Shown here: piece after piece, positions 36,488 through 48,137 of the stretch | Position numbering within the stretch: position 1 is the first letter of the stretch | Layout of the letters: every line of letters begins with the position of its first letter | Source of the DNA: Cladosporium halotolerans | Taxonomy: Eukaryota | Assembly (NCBI RefSeq): GCF_011745625.1 | Contig: NW_027191461.1 | Span: 434,001 to 498,000 of the forward strand | Length of the DNA stretch: 64,000 nucleotides | Reading direction: 5' to 3' | The notes under the pieces: model-generated | Told to the model about the DNA's origin: nothing | The model's input: only the letters and a program-made list of their open reading frames with translations | Databases searched by the model: none | Program-made: the position numbers and the translations under genes

Positions 36488-38064
36488 ATGAGGCTCGCGT
36501 ATTTGGCTTACCTTGCGTCACTTACAGCGGCATCGCCTTTGCAGGCAGATAGGACCATTGGGTCTGTGGAACCTCGAGTCAACTACGATAACTACCATGT
36601 CTACAGCATCAAGCCAGCGTCCGTTGACGAAGCTCGTTCAATCGAGAAGCGCTTCGAAAGCTATAATTCGCAATATGTTCGGGACAGGCTATCCATTGCA
36701 ATTCCTCCCAACGAGGTCGACAGCTTCAATGCCCTCGAATTGAAAGCCCGTCTGATCAGCTCGGACTTGGGATCATACATCCGTTCTACCGAAGAGAAAG
36801 CTCCGACTTACTCGAGTGCTTTGCACAAACGAGGGGACCTTCCGGACCTATCTTGGTTCGATACTTACCATGACTATGCCGATCACTTGCAGTACTGGGA
36901 CGACCTTGTCAGTGCCTTCCCGAAGAACTCGGAGAAATTCGAGATCGGAAAAAGCTATGAGAACAGACCCATGTACGCCTTTCATCTGTTTGGTGACGAT
37001 GACAAGAAAGGGTCGAAGGGTCGAGGAAAGGGCCGTGGCAAAGGTCGTGGCAAACCATCGAAGTACGGCAAGGGCGAAGAAGAGAAGCCTGTGATCCTTT
37101 GGCACGCCACAGTGCACGCCAGAGAAGTATGTTGCCACCAGTCTTGCATTTCGTGACCTACTGTATTCGACACTGACACTATCTCATTAGTGGATCTCAA
37201 CGATGGGTTCGTCGATCGCCCTTCTGAGTTTGTGAAGAAGTACTGATTGCCGCTAGTGATCGAATATCTTGCCTACCAGCTCATCGAGGGCTACAAGTCC
37301 GGAGATGCGAACGTCACGGCGTTCCTCGACCACTACGATTTCTATCTGGTCCCTTTCCACAATCCTGACGGTAAGAGACTACTCCTTCAAAATCGACTTT
37401 CACGATCGCAGAAGCTCACATACACGGCACAGGCTTCGTCTACACGCAGACAAACGATCGTCTCTGGCGCAAGAACCGCCAGCCCCGCCCAACGCTCAAC
37501 ACCACCTGTCTCGGTACCGACGGAAACCGCAATTGGATCTTCGAGTGGGACGCGGAGCCGCCCGAGGGAGGCTCGACTCCAGACCCCTGCGGCCAGACCT
37601 ATCGCGGCCTGGCACCAGGAGACACGCCCGAGAACCAAGCAATGGACGGCCTATCCGCAAAACTGTCCGCTCAAGGTGCCGGAATCCGCTCCTTCATCGA
37701 CTTCCACTCCTACAGCCAGCTGATCCTCACTCCGTGGGGCTTCTCCTGCGACCCTCTGCCTGAGACGCTGCCCAGAATGGTCGAAGTAGCCAACGGCACG
37801 GCGCGCGCGATCGAAGCCGCGAGCGAGAGGGGCAGCGAATACCTGGCTGGTCCTGGCTGCGAGATCTTGTACTTTTCTACGGGCAACTCGCGCGATCACC
37901 ACTATGCTGTGCACGGGGCGAATCACTCTTGGACTTTGGAGCTGAGTCCTTCGGCTGATGAGGAAGAGATCGGTTTCGTTCTGCCCGCGGAAGAGATTTG
38001 GCCTGTCGTTAAGGAACAGTGGGCTGGCCAGCTGTGGCTGTTGAATGAGGTGTGGGATGAGTGA
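36488..38064 (+). CDS. Secreted zinc carboxypeptidase, family M14A; exons 36488-37126, 37191-37206, 37257-37370, 37433-38064
   Basis: Signal peptide and pro-region; HARE|WIST (Zn ligands), NPDG, WRKNR, DGNRNW, DFHSYSQ, Y248 and WTLEL (E270). Three canonical introns restore the frame. Confidence 0.9.
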
Positions 38065-38309
38065 GATGTGAGCTGAAGTCTGGAAGAGTATCCGCGGTAA
38101 GGGGCACTCCTCGGGGATGGCAGTGCATGAGGTTTATGCAGCATACGGATAAGTACTTAATTCAGCTTCGTCATTAGTTTCTCACGCTCTTTCAGCATGG
38201 CTAGCAGGTACGATCAGTGTACCAAGGACTGAAAGGTTTTGAAGATACAGATTGTATGTAGATTCCGATGACCTCATCGAGTTCCTCAAATTCGACTAAT
38301 CAATGCCTC

Positions 38310-38382
38310 GCCCTGATAGCTCAGTTGGTAGAGCGCGTCACTAGTAATGACGAGGTCGCCGGTTCGACTCCGTCTTAGGGCA
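38310..38382 (+). tRNA. tRNA-Thr (anticodon AGT), no intron
   Basis: GCCCTGA/TTAGGGC acceptor stem, D arm GCTCAGTTGGTAGAGC, anticodon arm CGTCA-CTAGTAA-TGACG, T loop GGTTCGACTCC, followed by a T-run Pol III terminator. Confidence 0.95.
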
Positions 38383-38652
38383 TTGATCTTTTGCTTTTGC
38401 CCGGCATGCGTGCATCGCGCTCTCCATCATCGCGGAACCTGATTATGTGTAATACTTTTGGCCTGGGCGGGGAGGGGTGGACTACGGGTTTGGGGAGCGT
38501 GCATGATGAGAGAAGGGTCACCACCAAGTGTTCAAGATCATTGACTTTGACTCGTTGCATTACAGCGATGCTTTCATTATACACAAGCTGCGTGAGGATC
38601 CACATCCTCCTTTCAGATATGCTTGCCTCCCTATCCGCCGGTCTCCCAAGAC

Positions 38653-39687
38653 TCAGCTCCCATCCGGGGTATCGCCATACTTCTGCCTAAACGGCAGTAG
38701 CCTACTCGGCCCTTGTCCCGAGCTCGCCACATAGACATCTTTATTCAGCGCCCCTGGGTTACTATCACCGTTCAACTGTGTAAATGCCACCGTCCTCGGC
38801 GTCATGGGGTTCGATGGATCCCTCCCCCAAGGTGTGGTCGGCGTCTTGGGCAGATTGAGGAAGATCTGCCTGTTCATGTCGCGCTGCTCGTCGCGCGTCA
38901 TGGTCTGCGGCCGGTACTCTGCCAGCTTCTTCATCTCGATGTCGTCGGCTCGTTGGTCGCGCTCGCGCTGGGTGGGGATGGTGGATAGGATGGAGTAGAT
39001 GAAGTAGACGCTGAAGATGGCGCTGGTGATGGATTGTGGTTAGCTTGATTGAACGCTGGAGAACGATGGGGACAGCGCCAGAGAGGAAACATACACCATG
39101 GCGCAAGTTACGCCGAAAGCGCCGCGTGCTTGCATGCAGTATCCCTCGTTCGCCTGTGTCGCGTACTGACACCCCTTGCTCAGATACCACGGCAGTCCGG
39201 GACTTGGGTTGTCGGGGTCGCTCATATCTGGGGCAGACTGGTTGCGCAGCGACACGGCGTAGAGCGCGAGCATGAGCCCGGAGACGAACAAGCTGAGGAG
39301 CGGGAGGAAGAGGTGCATGATAAACAGCACCGCCTTGACGAGCAGGATGAACATGCCGAGCACTGATATTACCGTGTTCCAGGTGGTCATACTGCGTGGG
39401 TTAGCCTACTGCCTGTAGAGCATCCGAAGCGTCGAGGAAACATACAACTGGCTCCATACGATCGGCGTGTCGATTGGTCGGTAGTTCGCATAGCTATACA
39501 GAACGATGCTGGGGTCGCTGTTGAAACCTTGGTCTGCGCCATTTTGCCAGAGCTTGGTGCGGTATGTGTTTGGGTCGGCGATACCGAAAAGCGTGAGAGC
39601 GCCGACTGTGAGAAGGAATTCCAGACCGAACAAGGCGTACATGAGCTTCGGGAGCCGCCAGTGCCGTGTGATGAAGAATCGAGGCAT
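38653..39687 (-). CDS. Fungal multi-pass (about 4 TM, MARVEL-like) membrane protein; introns 39445-39392 and 39094-39023
   Basis: The spliced ORF is continuous: hydrophobic helices, SLRNQSAPDMSDP...PWYLSKGC...GYCMQARGAF, and a cytosolic tail with TPRT motifs. Confidence 0.75.
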
Positions 39688-42316
39688 GTTGGATGTGTTG
39701 AAATGCGATGCTGGGCAGGACCGCGCGATCTATCGTGGGCCTGCCACCGCGGACGCCTCAGTCGCAATATTCCAGTTGCTAACTCCAGCTTGTTATTCGT
39801 GAGAAGTGTAAGCTGACCGCGCTGCCTTCGCCGTCGTCGCAGGCACCAGAACCAGGTCGCCCATGAAACGCTGTATCGTATAGATGTAAAGAGGGCAGAG
39901 GAGCAGAGGCGGCTGGGCAGATAAGCAACATCCTTCGGCACGCAAGCGCATGCCTGCAGTCTACGAAGGTCATGCTCTGCGCCGCTGGTCTTTCAGCCCG
40001 TGAGGAGTCGTCCGTAAGCGCCAGCTAGATGTGTGATATGTCCCAGCCGCCAATCAGCTGGCGAAGCCGCCCCAGCTGCAAGCTGCAGAGTGGCAGCGGT
40101 GGCGCTGGCTGGCCGACTCGCCGATCACCACCTCACACTGGCAAGCTTCCTTTAGGATCGTCAGGACCATCGAATCACGTACTTGTATATCGATATGTGA
40201 TCTAGCCGACTCCCTCTCCAGCGCGACATCATTGATTGAGCAAACTCTCGTCCATCGAATCACCCAGTGGCGCGCGGGTCTGCCAGTCGCCGTAACCCGA
40301 TGGCATGCTCACCGCACGCTCGTTTCTCACGCTCTGAAATCATTATCACCATGAGACCTCAGGAAGCATCATGATTTGCATCGGGAGTCAGCACTTGAAT
40401 GCCTTTCAGACGCCCCCTCATTCAAGTCATGTCGAACCTCGCGACGCAGGTTGCCTTCAAAGCTCTGCCCTGCGCGGCAGTGATGTGCCGTCCTCTGACA
40501 GCGATTGCTGCACGATTAGCGTGATTTACATACGCCTGGGAAGAGGGGACCTCAAGAACGCGCGCGCTTAGGAAAAGTGATGTCGCTTGGAGAAGGTCAT
40601 GTAGGCAAGCCATGTCCACAAGCCGTAGGCTTGTCCTCCTGAGATTGACCGAACGTGGAAATACGATGAATCAAGCATTCCTTACAAGTGGCAGTCACAG
40701 CAGGCCCGCAAGATCCTACGCCTTGTTCCTCGAAAGCGTTTTCGCCTCTATCCCATTGGAAGCTGCTACTTCGAGCAACCCGCTTGCGACCGAGATGAGA
40801 TCTTTCCATTCTGGAGCCTTGTCCTGCTATTTACTAGGAAACATAGGTTGGCATTAAATATCGACGAATGCAGCCCTTTTTGCTTCGGCAAGCAAAGCAA
40901 GGAGACACGCACGTCCTTGGATTGATATTGCGGCTGGATCCATTTTCTTCAAATCATTTGGCGTTCACGATCATCACTCTATTTCCTTTTTGTGCTTACA
41001 CACACAGGATCGCAAAGTGATGGAAAATTCTGTCTTGCATAGCTACCATGTTCTAATTTCCAAATCGTGAAATCGTTCCATTTCGCGGGCTGGTGAGAAT
41101 CACTGCAAGAGTAGAGACAGCTTGGCGCAGATGCATTTCATTCGTTGAGAGATTGCGGCTCAACTGTAGGGCTGTACCGATCGCCGGCTATGGGACGATG
41201 AGGTAATTCGCAAGCCTCATGCTCTGATGGCGCAAAATATTAACGAAATCTCACGTGGCGGCAAACGGGGGCGGACCGTCTATACGAGGTGCGGATCGAC
41301 TTTGAGGTCACTTTCTGTTCCTTGCCGGAGGACAGCCCTCGTTTGCCACTATGTACTCGCAACACGAACATCCTTCTCGTGTTATAGGCGAAAACAGTGG
41401 ACACCGTTACAAAAGTCTCGGATGCCCTCAATTCGGCGAGCGACGCGTCTTCTCAACGTGTCGCGGACGCAGATCCGCCGCGTGAAACTTGACGAAACTG
41501 TGTTTTTGCAGTGACAGCCCTAGCCGCGGCGAAAGGGCGTCGATCGCCGACCCGGAACGCCAGCCGCCAGGAACAGGAACCTGCAAGGTACGCCACCAAA
41601 ATTCGAGACGACGTGCCGTGCTGTGGCCTCAACTTCACGACGACGCGTCTAAGAAGATTACTTTGGAACTTCAGACGCGCCGTGCGGACTCTTCAGTCAT
41701 GAAAATAGGAGGTGACCTGCGGCTTGTGATTCCTGACTGAACGATCAGACATCGACAACATTGGGACGAAGTTTTGGGCGAGACTACGCCACAATCTTGC
41801 ATTCACTTCGCAAGGCTCCGGCGAAGAGCCGCATTTGCAAGTGAACGGCTGAAGCCCACGATGTGACGCGGGTCGTCGCAGAAACGCAATCCCTGCAATG
41901 TCTTTCCTGGGAAAGCGAGCGATCTCTCGGCAGGCTCCGGCGGGCTTGGGTAAATTTCGCGTGGCCGATAAGTACCCACGTCGGTGCTCGAAATACACCA
42001 TGCCGTGCATGCCCACAGCGTTGGCGCGCCAATAGTTGCCCATGCCCGCCGAGCCGTCTTGGACAAGACTCGCAGACAATCGGTTTAGCGAGACCCGGCC
42101 CACTCTTGGTGGTAGCATCATGCGGAGGCCCTCTGTCTGCCAACGGCAAGTAGTCCAGTTTCATGCAGCGGTCCCCTCGAAAGCGTTTCTGTAGGTCCTG
42201 GGCTGCTATCCACCTCTGTCTCTTCCCCAGTTCTACAATCGACACGCTCAGCACTTCCTTTCTTTGCAGCGCATCTTACCGCGATCGAGGCTCTGCCCAT
42301 TCTCGCGCAGGCCAAG

Positions 42317-42969
42317 ATGCTTTCACTCGCTACCCTTTCGCTTTCTCTCCTTTTCAGCTTTGCCGCCGCGCAATCGAGCGCAATTACATGGATTGAGCCT
42401 GGCGTTTCAGCAGCCCCGTTTGCCTACGCTGGATCTGTCGTCGACGCTTGCCCCGGGACCACAGTGATCGCTCTCCAATGTACATCTGCTGGATCCGACA
42501 ATGCGTTTACCGACCTTTGCGGCTCTGATGCTCCTGTAAGATATATCCATGCGGCAATTCGATGTCTCCCGCATCAACTAACACCAGAAAGTCCATGACC
42601 ATGACTGTTGGTCCTAGCCAAGTCCACTTCCACGGCAGCACCGCTACCTCAGGCCTCGACTTCCAGATGGACATGACCTGCGACATCGACGAATCTTCCG
42701 CTACCTGCACCGACTCCACCAGCTGGTCTGCCGTGGGCACGTCTACTGATTCCGCCCAGTCTTCGACCTACGCCGTGGACGCGATGGCTACGCACTCCGC
42801 AGAGGTTACTGCCGGTGCAGACAAGCTGGACAACACCGGAAAGTGTACTGCCAGCAGTGGAAGCGGCAAGGGTCGCGACGGTGCCAAAGACTCCGCCGCC
42901 GGTGGCAGACTTGCTGTCGGCATGGGTCTTCTCGGCGTGTCCTCTTTCGTCGGCATGCTGCTCCTCTAA
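42317..42969 (+). CDS. Small secreted, probably GPI-anchored Ser/Thr-rich Cys-containing protein; intron 42536-42591
   Basis: Signal peptide MLSLATLSLSLLFSFAAAQ, YAGSVVDAC..TVIALQC, VTAGADKL motif, and a hydrophobic C-terminal tail after DSAAG. Confidence 0.8.
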
Positions 42970-44514
42970 GTCGACTACACATACGATGCGACACCAACGC
43001 ATTTCTCAAAACCTCGATTTTAATACGTACGCGATGCATACACTTCACGAACAACGTCCTCTTTCCTCCAACATCTTCAGACCCTTTACCCGGCCGTGGA
43101 CTCTTCAATCAACAGTCGGCACCACGCGAGGACCCAGTTCAAGGCCGCGGCGTGGCTAGAAGCGTTGACAGTGGGACGAAGAACGAGCTTCGACTAGGGA
43201 AACCGCTCCGCGCTCCGCGGAGTCTTTGAGGCGGATCATGGAGTCATTGTTAGAACACAGGCCTGCAGGAACAGTATTCGGCGGCTGGACCATCTGCAAT
43301 TCCTGCAACACACCCGCCACTGCCACCAACAACAAATCCTAGCATTTTTCGCAACCGCCGAGCCGGCTCTCCAGCTCACGGCGCATTATAGACAGTAGAC
43401 TTAATGAGATATACCCACCCTGCCACACCAACCAGATTCCCCATCGTCAATCGCACGGAGACACTTTCCGCCCCTTGTTTGACGTTCGGTGTCCGTCGCA
43501 GAGCCAAGCCGGATCTGGCGCGACGCTAGTTCAACGGCGGACGGCAGCTGTGCCGTCTTGGAGCGCATCGAGGGCCAAGTTTTCTACTTTTGGTTTTGCA
43601 GAAACGCCACAATCAAGGCCGTATCTGCTCGGCAGCAGTCGTGCGCCAAGCAGAGATGAAAATGGCGCCCGACTAACATCCTTCCCCGTACGTTCGCCAC
43701 GCCATATCCACACGCACGTGTGCGCATGGTAGTTCAGCGCGTCGCGTTCGCCGTCGCGCTCATGACTCGTGAGATTTCTAGCCCTACGGCAACCGACGAC
43801 ATTGTGCTTGCAATTTAAGACATTATCCAGGTTTGTTACTAACCCATGACTGAGCCGCGTGGCAGACGCATATTTTAATGGTAGGCAATATCGTCTTCAT
43901 TAACATCATCGGCCTAGACCGGCAGGGCTAAGAGCCCAGCAGGGCTGATCTGATCACCCTGTCAAACGGCAGCGCAATGACATCTTGGCTCACAGCCTCG
44001 CAAGGCTGACTATCGAACTGTACATACAGGCCTCCACCGTGGCTTGCCAGACACGTTGTGAGATGCGGTCCTACTGCGTCAGAGCCACCCTCATCCACCT
44101 TATCGCTCGTTGAGGCTGTCGCGCGTCACCCACCGTGATGGCCGATGTGACTAGGGCTGGCGCGAAAGCACACACTTGGCCAAAGCATGTCATTAAGAGA
44201 ACCCATCCCGAAAATAAGTGGCACGGCTCTTACTGTATTACCTGACGTCTATCGATGTTCAATCCGATCGAAGGCTCTTGACCGCCAATGGGAACAGTGT
44301 CTCCCCGTGATGCAAGGAAAGTTGGTCAGAACGAGATGGGCTGTCAAAACTTGTCAGGCTATCGTCCCAAATCACTACCAGATTGCTTTTGGAATTGTCC
44401 CAGTGCTGTGCTCAGAGTGATCCTCGCTTCAGAACCGGGTCCTCCAGAACTTGGTATCGACGGGTGATATGGCTTTGCCAAGCGTCAATAGTACCCCAAA
44501 CCCTACCATTCCTT

Positions 44515-45136
44515 CTAGCGTATTCTATTCACCAGCGACAGGTACGCGATGATAGCCAACGCCGTCGGAATGTGAAGCAACTTGCAAGTATTGTCGCCTT
44601 GCTGAGATGTCCTCGCACGCAGAAAGTACAGGCCGGTAGCAATCCCCCGAACAACTGCAAAACAGCGAGAACGCCAATCCACAAGCTGTCGCTACGCCTG
44701 CAAAGCTGCAGTCCCGCAATGGCAAACAAGGCGGCCGCCGCAATCATCTCCACAGCGGTCACCTGCCGCAGGCGAATCAACTCTGCGGGCGTAAGAATGA
44801 TCGGCAGAGTCTTCCGGCCGGCAGCACGATCGCCTTCGATGTCGTGTGGAAGTCTTGGACATCGATTGTCAGGAACGACCATAGCGCGAACGCAGCGTCG
44901 AGCTCAATCGCCATTTCCGCCTGAGGCGCGTGGGAAGCGACGAGAGCGTTGACCGTTCGGAGCGAGAAGAACAGCGCCGTCGGCGTGTAGAGACTTTTCC
45001 AGAACCAGTGGCTTTGCTTCGGCCAGACGTAGCAGAAGAGCGTCCAGGCCTCGAAAGTGGCGATTTGGACATGTCTGCGAATCTCACTTCTATGAATAAG
45101 CCGCAGACGCTTGGTAAGTGATCCGTTCTTAGCCAT
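44515..45136 (-). pseudogene. Disrupted UbiA-superfamily prenyltransferase / membrane terpene cyclase-like gene
   Basis: The motif TIDVQDFH/DIEGDRAAGRKTLPI is split by a 2-nt insertion near 44845. There is a second frameshift in the G-run at 44644-44648, and the first Asp-rich motif region is absent. Confidence 0.7.
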
Positions 45137-45767
45137 TGTGGGCTAGCTAACCTTGTATGCAAAGCAGCTGGGAGAATGGACCGATAGTACGAAGAAGTGC
45201 CTTAGGCAGAGAATTGCAGCCTGCTGATTTTATGGCCGGAATGTCGAACAACTGCCCGTCAACGAAGAATCCATAGTGGTGTCTTTGCCGATCTCCTTTA
45301 GCTTTCCCTTTCCATCACTCTCCTCGAAATCTTCGGCGACGGCTTCTCAGAGTGCCTGAACCGATGACCCTTGAGAGAAGTCTGGAGATATTCGCAAAGG
45401 CGCCGCAAAGGCGTCCACAATTCACCCTGAGTCCTTCCCGGTACTGAGCCTCATTCTTCGATCTTGAGGGGATCGCCCTGAACGCTTTCGCTTCGGCTCC
45501 CCATTCGCATTATACCGCGAGTCCCCGTCCACATCCAGAGCCAATATGCTGCGCTTCCCCGCCAATACTCAAAGATTCACCAACGAGCTCCCCCTTCGCA
45601 AGCAGCCTATCTGATCTCTCGACACGTCTCGCCGTTTCCTCCAAGTGATTCTGAATCTCTATTGACTCGAAGGAAGGAAACAAAAGTAAACAAACCGGGA
45701 TTACCCGCGCTTCACCTCAGGCGCTGTGATTGGCTCGGGAGAAGCCGGCGCTAGCTGCGGGCTGCCA

Positions 45768-45819
45768 AAAAGTGTACAAAAGTGTTCAAAAAAGTGTACA
45801 AAGGTGTACAAAAGTGTTG
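45768..45819 (+). repeat. Tandem array of five ~10-bp units, consensus AAAAGTGTAC
   Basis: aaaagtgtac aaaagtgttc aaaaaagtgtac aaaggtgtac aaaagtgttg read directly. Confidence 0.85.
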
Positions 45820-46259
45820 TTTACGTTTGTTTTTGTGTTTGTTTTTCGAAGTTCCGAGGCGCGTCAGAGCGGGGGAGTGAAGTCAGACAATGCGGTCAAA
45901 ATATGACATTTGCGAGATGGATCTAGGCATTGCGGCCAGCTCTTGCTGAGCCGTTCGCGGTCGGATTGATTGTTTGATTGGAATGCGGAAGGAAGATATC
46001 CGACGTGCCCTAAGGTAGTGAAGGGCTAGCAGCATGTACGTCGTGTGCTTGTTAGAAGCGGAGGTCGAAGGGCGATTTTTCAGCCTCGTAATGTGAAATT
46101 GATCAAGACAAAATGGATATATGTAGGTAGAGATCTGGATGAAAGCTCCGCTCGAAATATCGTCCGCCAAATGCATCCGACCCAATCCAAGCCAGACCAG
46201 ACCCAGGCCCAACTGACCGATCGAAAAATAACCCATACAAAAGAAAACAGAAAAGGCCG

Positions 46260-48137
46260 TCACAACTTCGTCCTCCCCTCCTCACTAACCCCCCTCCTCA
46301 TGCCCGGACTCGTCGGACTCCCCTGCCCGCCGCCCACATTGACCACCCTCGCCGCGCCCCTAAGCGCCGTCGCCGCGGTACTCATCGCATTCACCGCGCC
46401 CTCCACACTCCCCCCTGCTCCTCCTCCTCCAGCACTCGCCCCAGTCCCCACCTCCCTCGCCGCAGCGCTCCCCCCAGGCGTCTGCCTCTGCAGCTGCGCG
46501 CTCGTCAACCAGTGCACCTGCCGCCCCATGCCCGCGACCTGCCCGCCGAGGTAGGCGATCTCGTCGCGCGTGCGCAGGTTCTCGTTCAGGATCTGCATGC
46601 TGTGGCGGCCGTCGAGCTCCGTGAGCGCGGCCGAGACGCGGGCCATTTCGTCGCGGAGGGACTCGTGCATGGAGAGCAGGTGGTGGAGGGGCGAGGAGTA
46701 GGGGCCATCGGCGCCGGGGGCGGTGGTGGAGAAGGGCGAGGCGAGGTCGAAGTCGGTTGTTGTTGGGGGTGGGAGGTCGGTGGGGCGGGGGAAGGGGGCT
46801 TGAGGAGCTGGGCGGAGGGGTGGGGAGGTGAGGGAGCGGGGGGTTGCTGTTGTTCGCGGTGTTGTTGAGGAGCGGGTGGTGTTTGTTGTGGGTGGCGATT
46901 CGGGTTCGATTGCGGAGCCGCGGTTTGAGGGCGGGACGGGGAAGTCGTAGTCGTCGGCGGAGGCGATGCGGGTGCTGTCTGTCGCGGTGCTTTCGGCTCT
47001 GCTGCGCGAGGGGACGATGAGGGTTTCCGTGCTGCCGTTGTCGGGCGGACCGGAGCGGTTGGCTGAGAGGATGTCTTGCATTGCTGTGAAGCCGGTTTCG
47101 AGAATCTCGAGTTTGCGGTTGATGAGCTTGTGCGCGGACTCCTGCTCGTCCATCCGCTGCTTCTGAGCATCTAGCACTGGTCCGAGCTTTGCGAGCACGC
47201 ATCCCTTGACGTGGATGTCGAGATGCGCCCGCCTGCTCTTGTTCGTACATCCTAGCGGTGCTCCAGGACACGGTACATTGACCGCAGGGCAAGCTTCCTT
47301 CCGATGCTCTTCCCTGTCTCTGTAATATATAAGCGAGCTGCAGAGGTCGCATTTGACCTGTCGGTCGGGGCACTGGAGCTGCCAATGAGTCTCGAGCTCC
47401 GCCTTCGGCATGTTCTGCTGGCAGCTCTCGCAGCTGACGTTGTAATGCAGACACCCGAGATCGTAGTCTTTCCTCCGCACAGACTGGCCGCAACCCGAGT
47501 CTTTGCACTCCACCATGGCGTAGCCGCAGTAGATGGTGATGTGATCCTGCACTTCGCCGCGCTTGATCTCCGATTTGCAGCCGTTTTCGCTCTTGGGGCA
47601 TTTGACGACTAGGTCGTCGAGGATGTTGACCAGAATTTTGCTCGTCGATGCTCGTGGGCCTAGTTTGGCTGGCATGCGACAAGTCGGGCAGTCTCCCTTG
47701 GGCCCCAGTGGCGAGTAGGTGGTCCACGTCTGGCGTATGCATTCACGGCAAAAGCAGTGGTCGCAGTCCATAAGCAGCACCGGGTCCACCAAAGGACACC
47801 GACAAATGGGACAGACCAGATTGTCGTCATACTTCGAGACATAGTCCAGCGCGCGCAGGTCGACGGGCGGGTTGAGGTTGCAGTTGCGCGCCTTCTGCGT
47901 GAGGTAGTGGTTCTCCTCCATGTTGCGGCGGGCCTCCAGTCGGCGCATGTTGCGGAGGGCTATTTGCGTTGAAACACTGGTTCCCCCGGGCGATGGGCTC
48001 CTGCGCGATCCCGGCGGCGGGGGCGACAGGCTGGAGTGACCTGTCGAGTTGGAGTCGGACATGCTGCGATATGATTGGACGGATGCGTGCGCGCTCGGGC
48101 GCCGCGTTGATGAGGACGTGGTCGAGTAGGTAGACAT
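46260..48137 (-). CDS. RING (C3HC4) plus TRAF-type zinc finger protein (putative E3 ligase)
   Basis: CPICRCPLVDPVLLMDCDHCFCREC..CPTCR, followed by repeated C-x2-C..H-x3-C zinc fingers and coiled coils. Ends RTKL*. Confidence 0.85.
   Translation of the reverse strand: MSTYSTTSSSTRRPSAHASVQSYRSMSDSNSTGHSSLSPPPPGSRRSPSPGGTSVSTQIALRNMRRLEARRNMEENHYLTQKARNCNLNPPVDLRALDYVSKYDDNLVCPICRCPLVDPVLLMDCDHCFCRECIRQTWTTYSPLGPKGDCPTCRMPAKLGPRASTSKILVNILDDLVVKCPKSENGCKSEIKRGEVQDHITIYCGYAMVECKDSGCGQSVRRKDYDLGCLHYNVSCESCQQNMPKAELETHWQLQCPDRQVKCDLCSSLIYYRDREEHRKEACPAVNVPCPGAPLGCTNKSRRAHLDIHVKGCVLAKLGPVLDAQKQRMDEQESAHKLINRKLEILETGFTAMQDILSANRSGPPDNGSTETLIVPSRSRAESTATDSTRIASADDYDFPVPPSNRGSAIEPESPPTTNTTRSSTTPRTTATPRSLTSPPLRPAPQAPFPRPTDLPPPTTTDFDLASPFSTTAPGADGPYSSPLHHLLSMHESLRDEMARVSAALTELDGRHSMQILNENLRTRDEIAYLGGQVAGMGRQVHWLTSAQLQRQTPGGSAAAREVGTGASAGGGGAGGSVEGAVNAMSTAATALRGAARVVNVGGGQGSPTSPGMRRGVSEEGRTKL

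Noticed and set aside
34121..38382. Proximity of TRM2 and tRNA-Thr as a functional cluster
   Set aside because: They are separated by an unrelated gene, and tRNA genes are dispersed in fungal genomes.
39950..42300. Short ORFs in the 40-42.3 kb gap (and likewise in the 43-44.4 kb gap) as genes or transposon relics
   Set aside because: No recognisable domains, codon bias, terminal repeats or obvious RIP-like AT enrichment by eye; left unannotated.
45768..45819. Tandem array as a CRISPR array
   Set aside because: 10-bp units with no unique spacers, no cas genes and a eukaryotic context.
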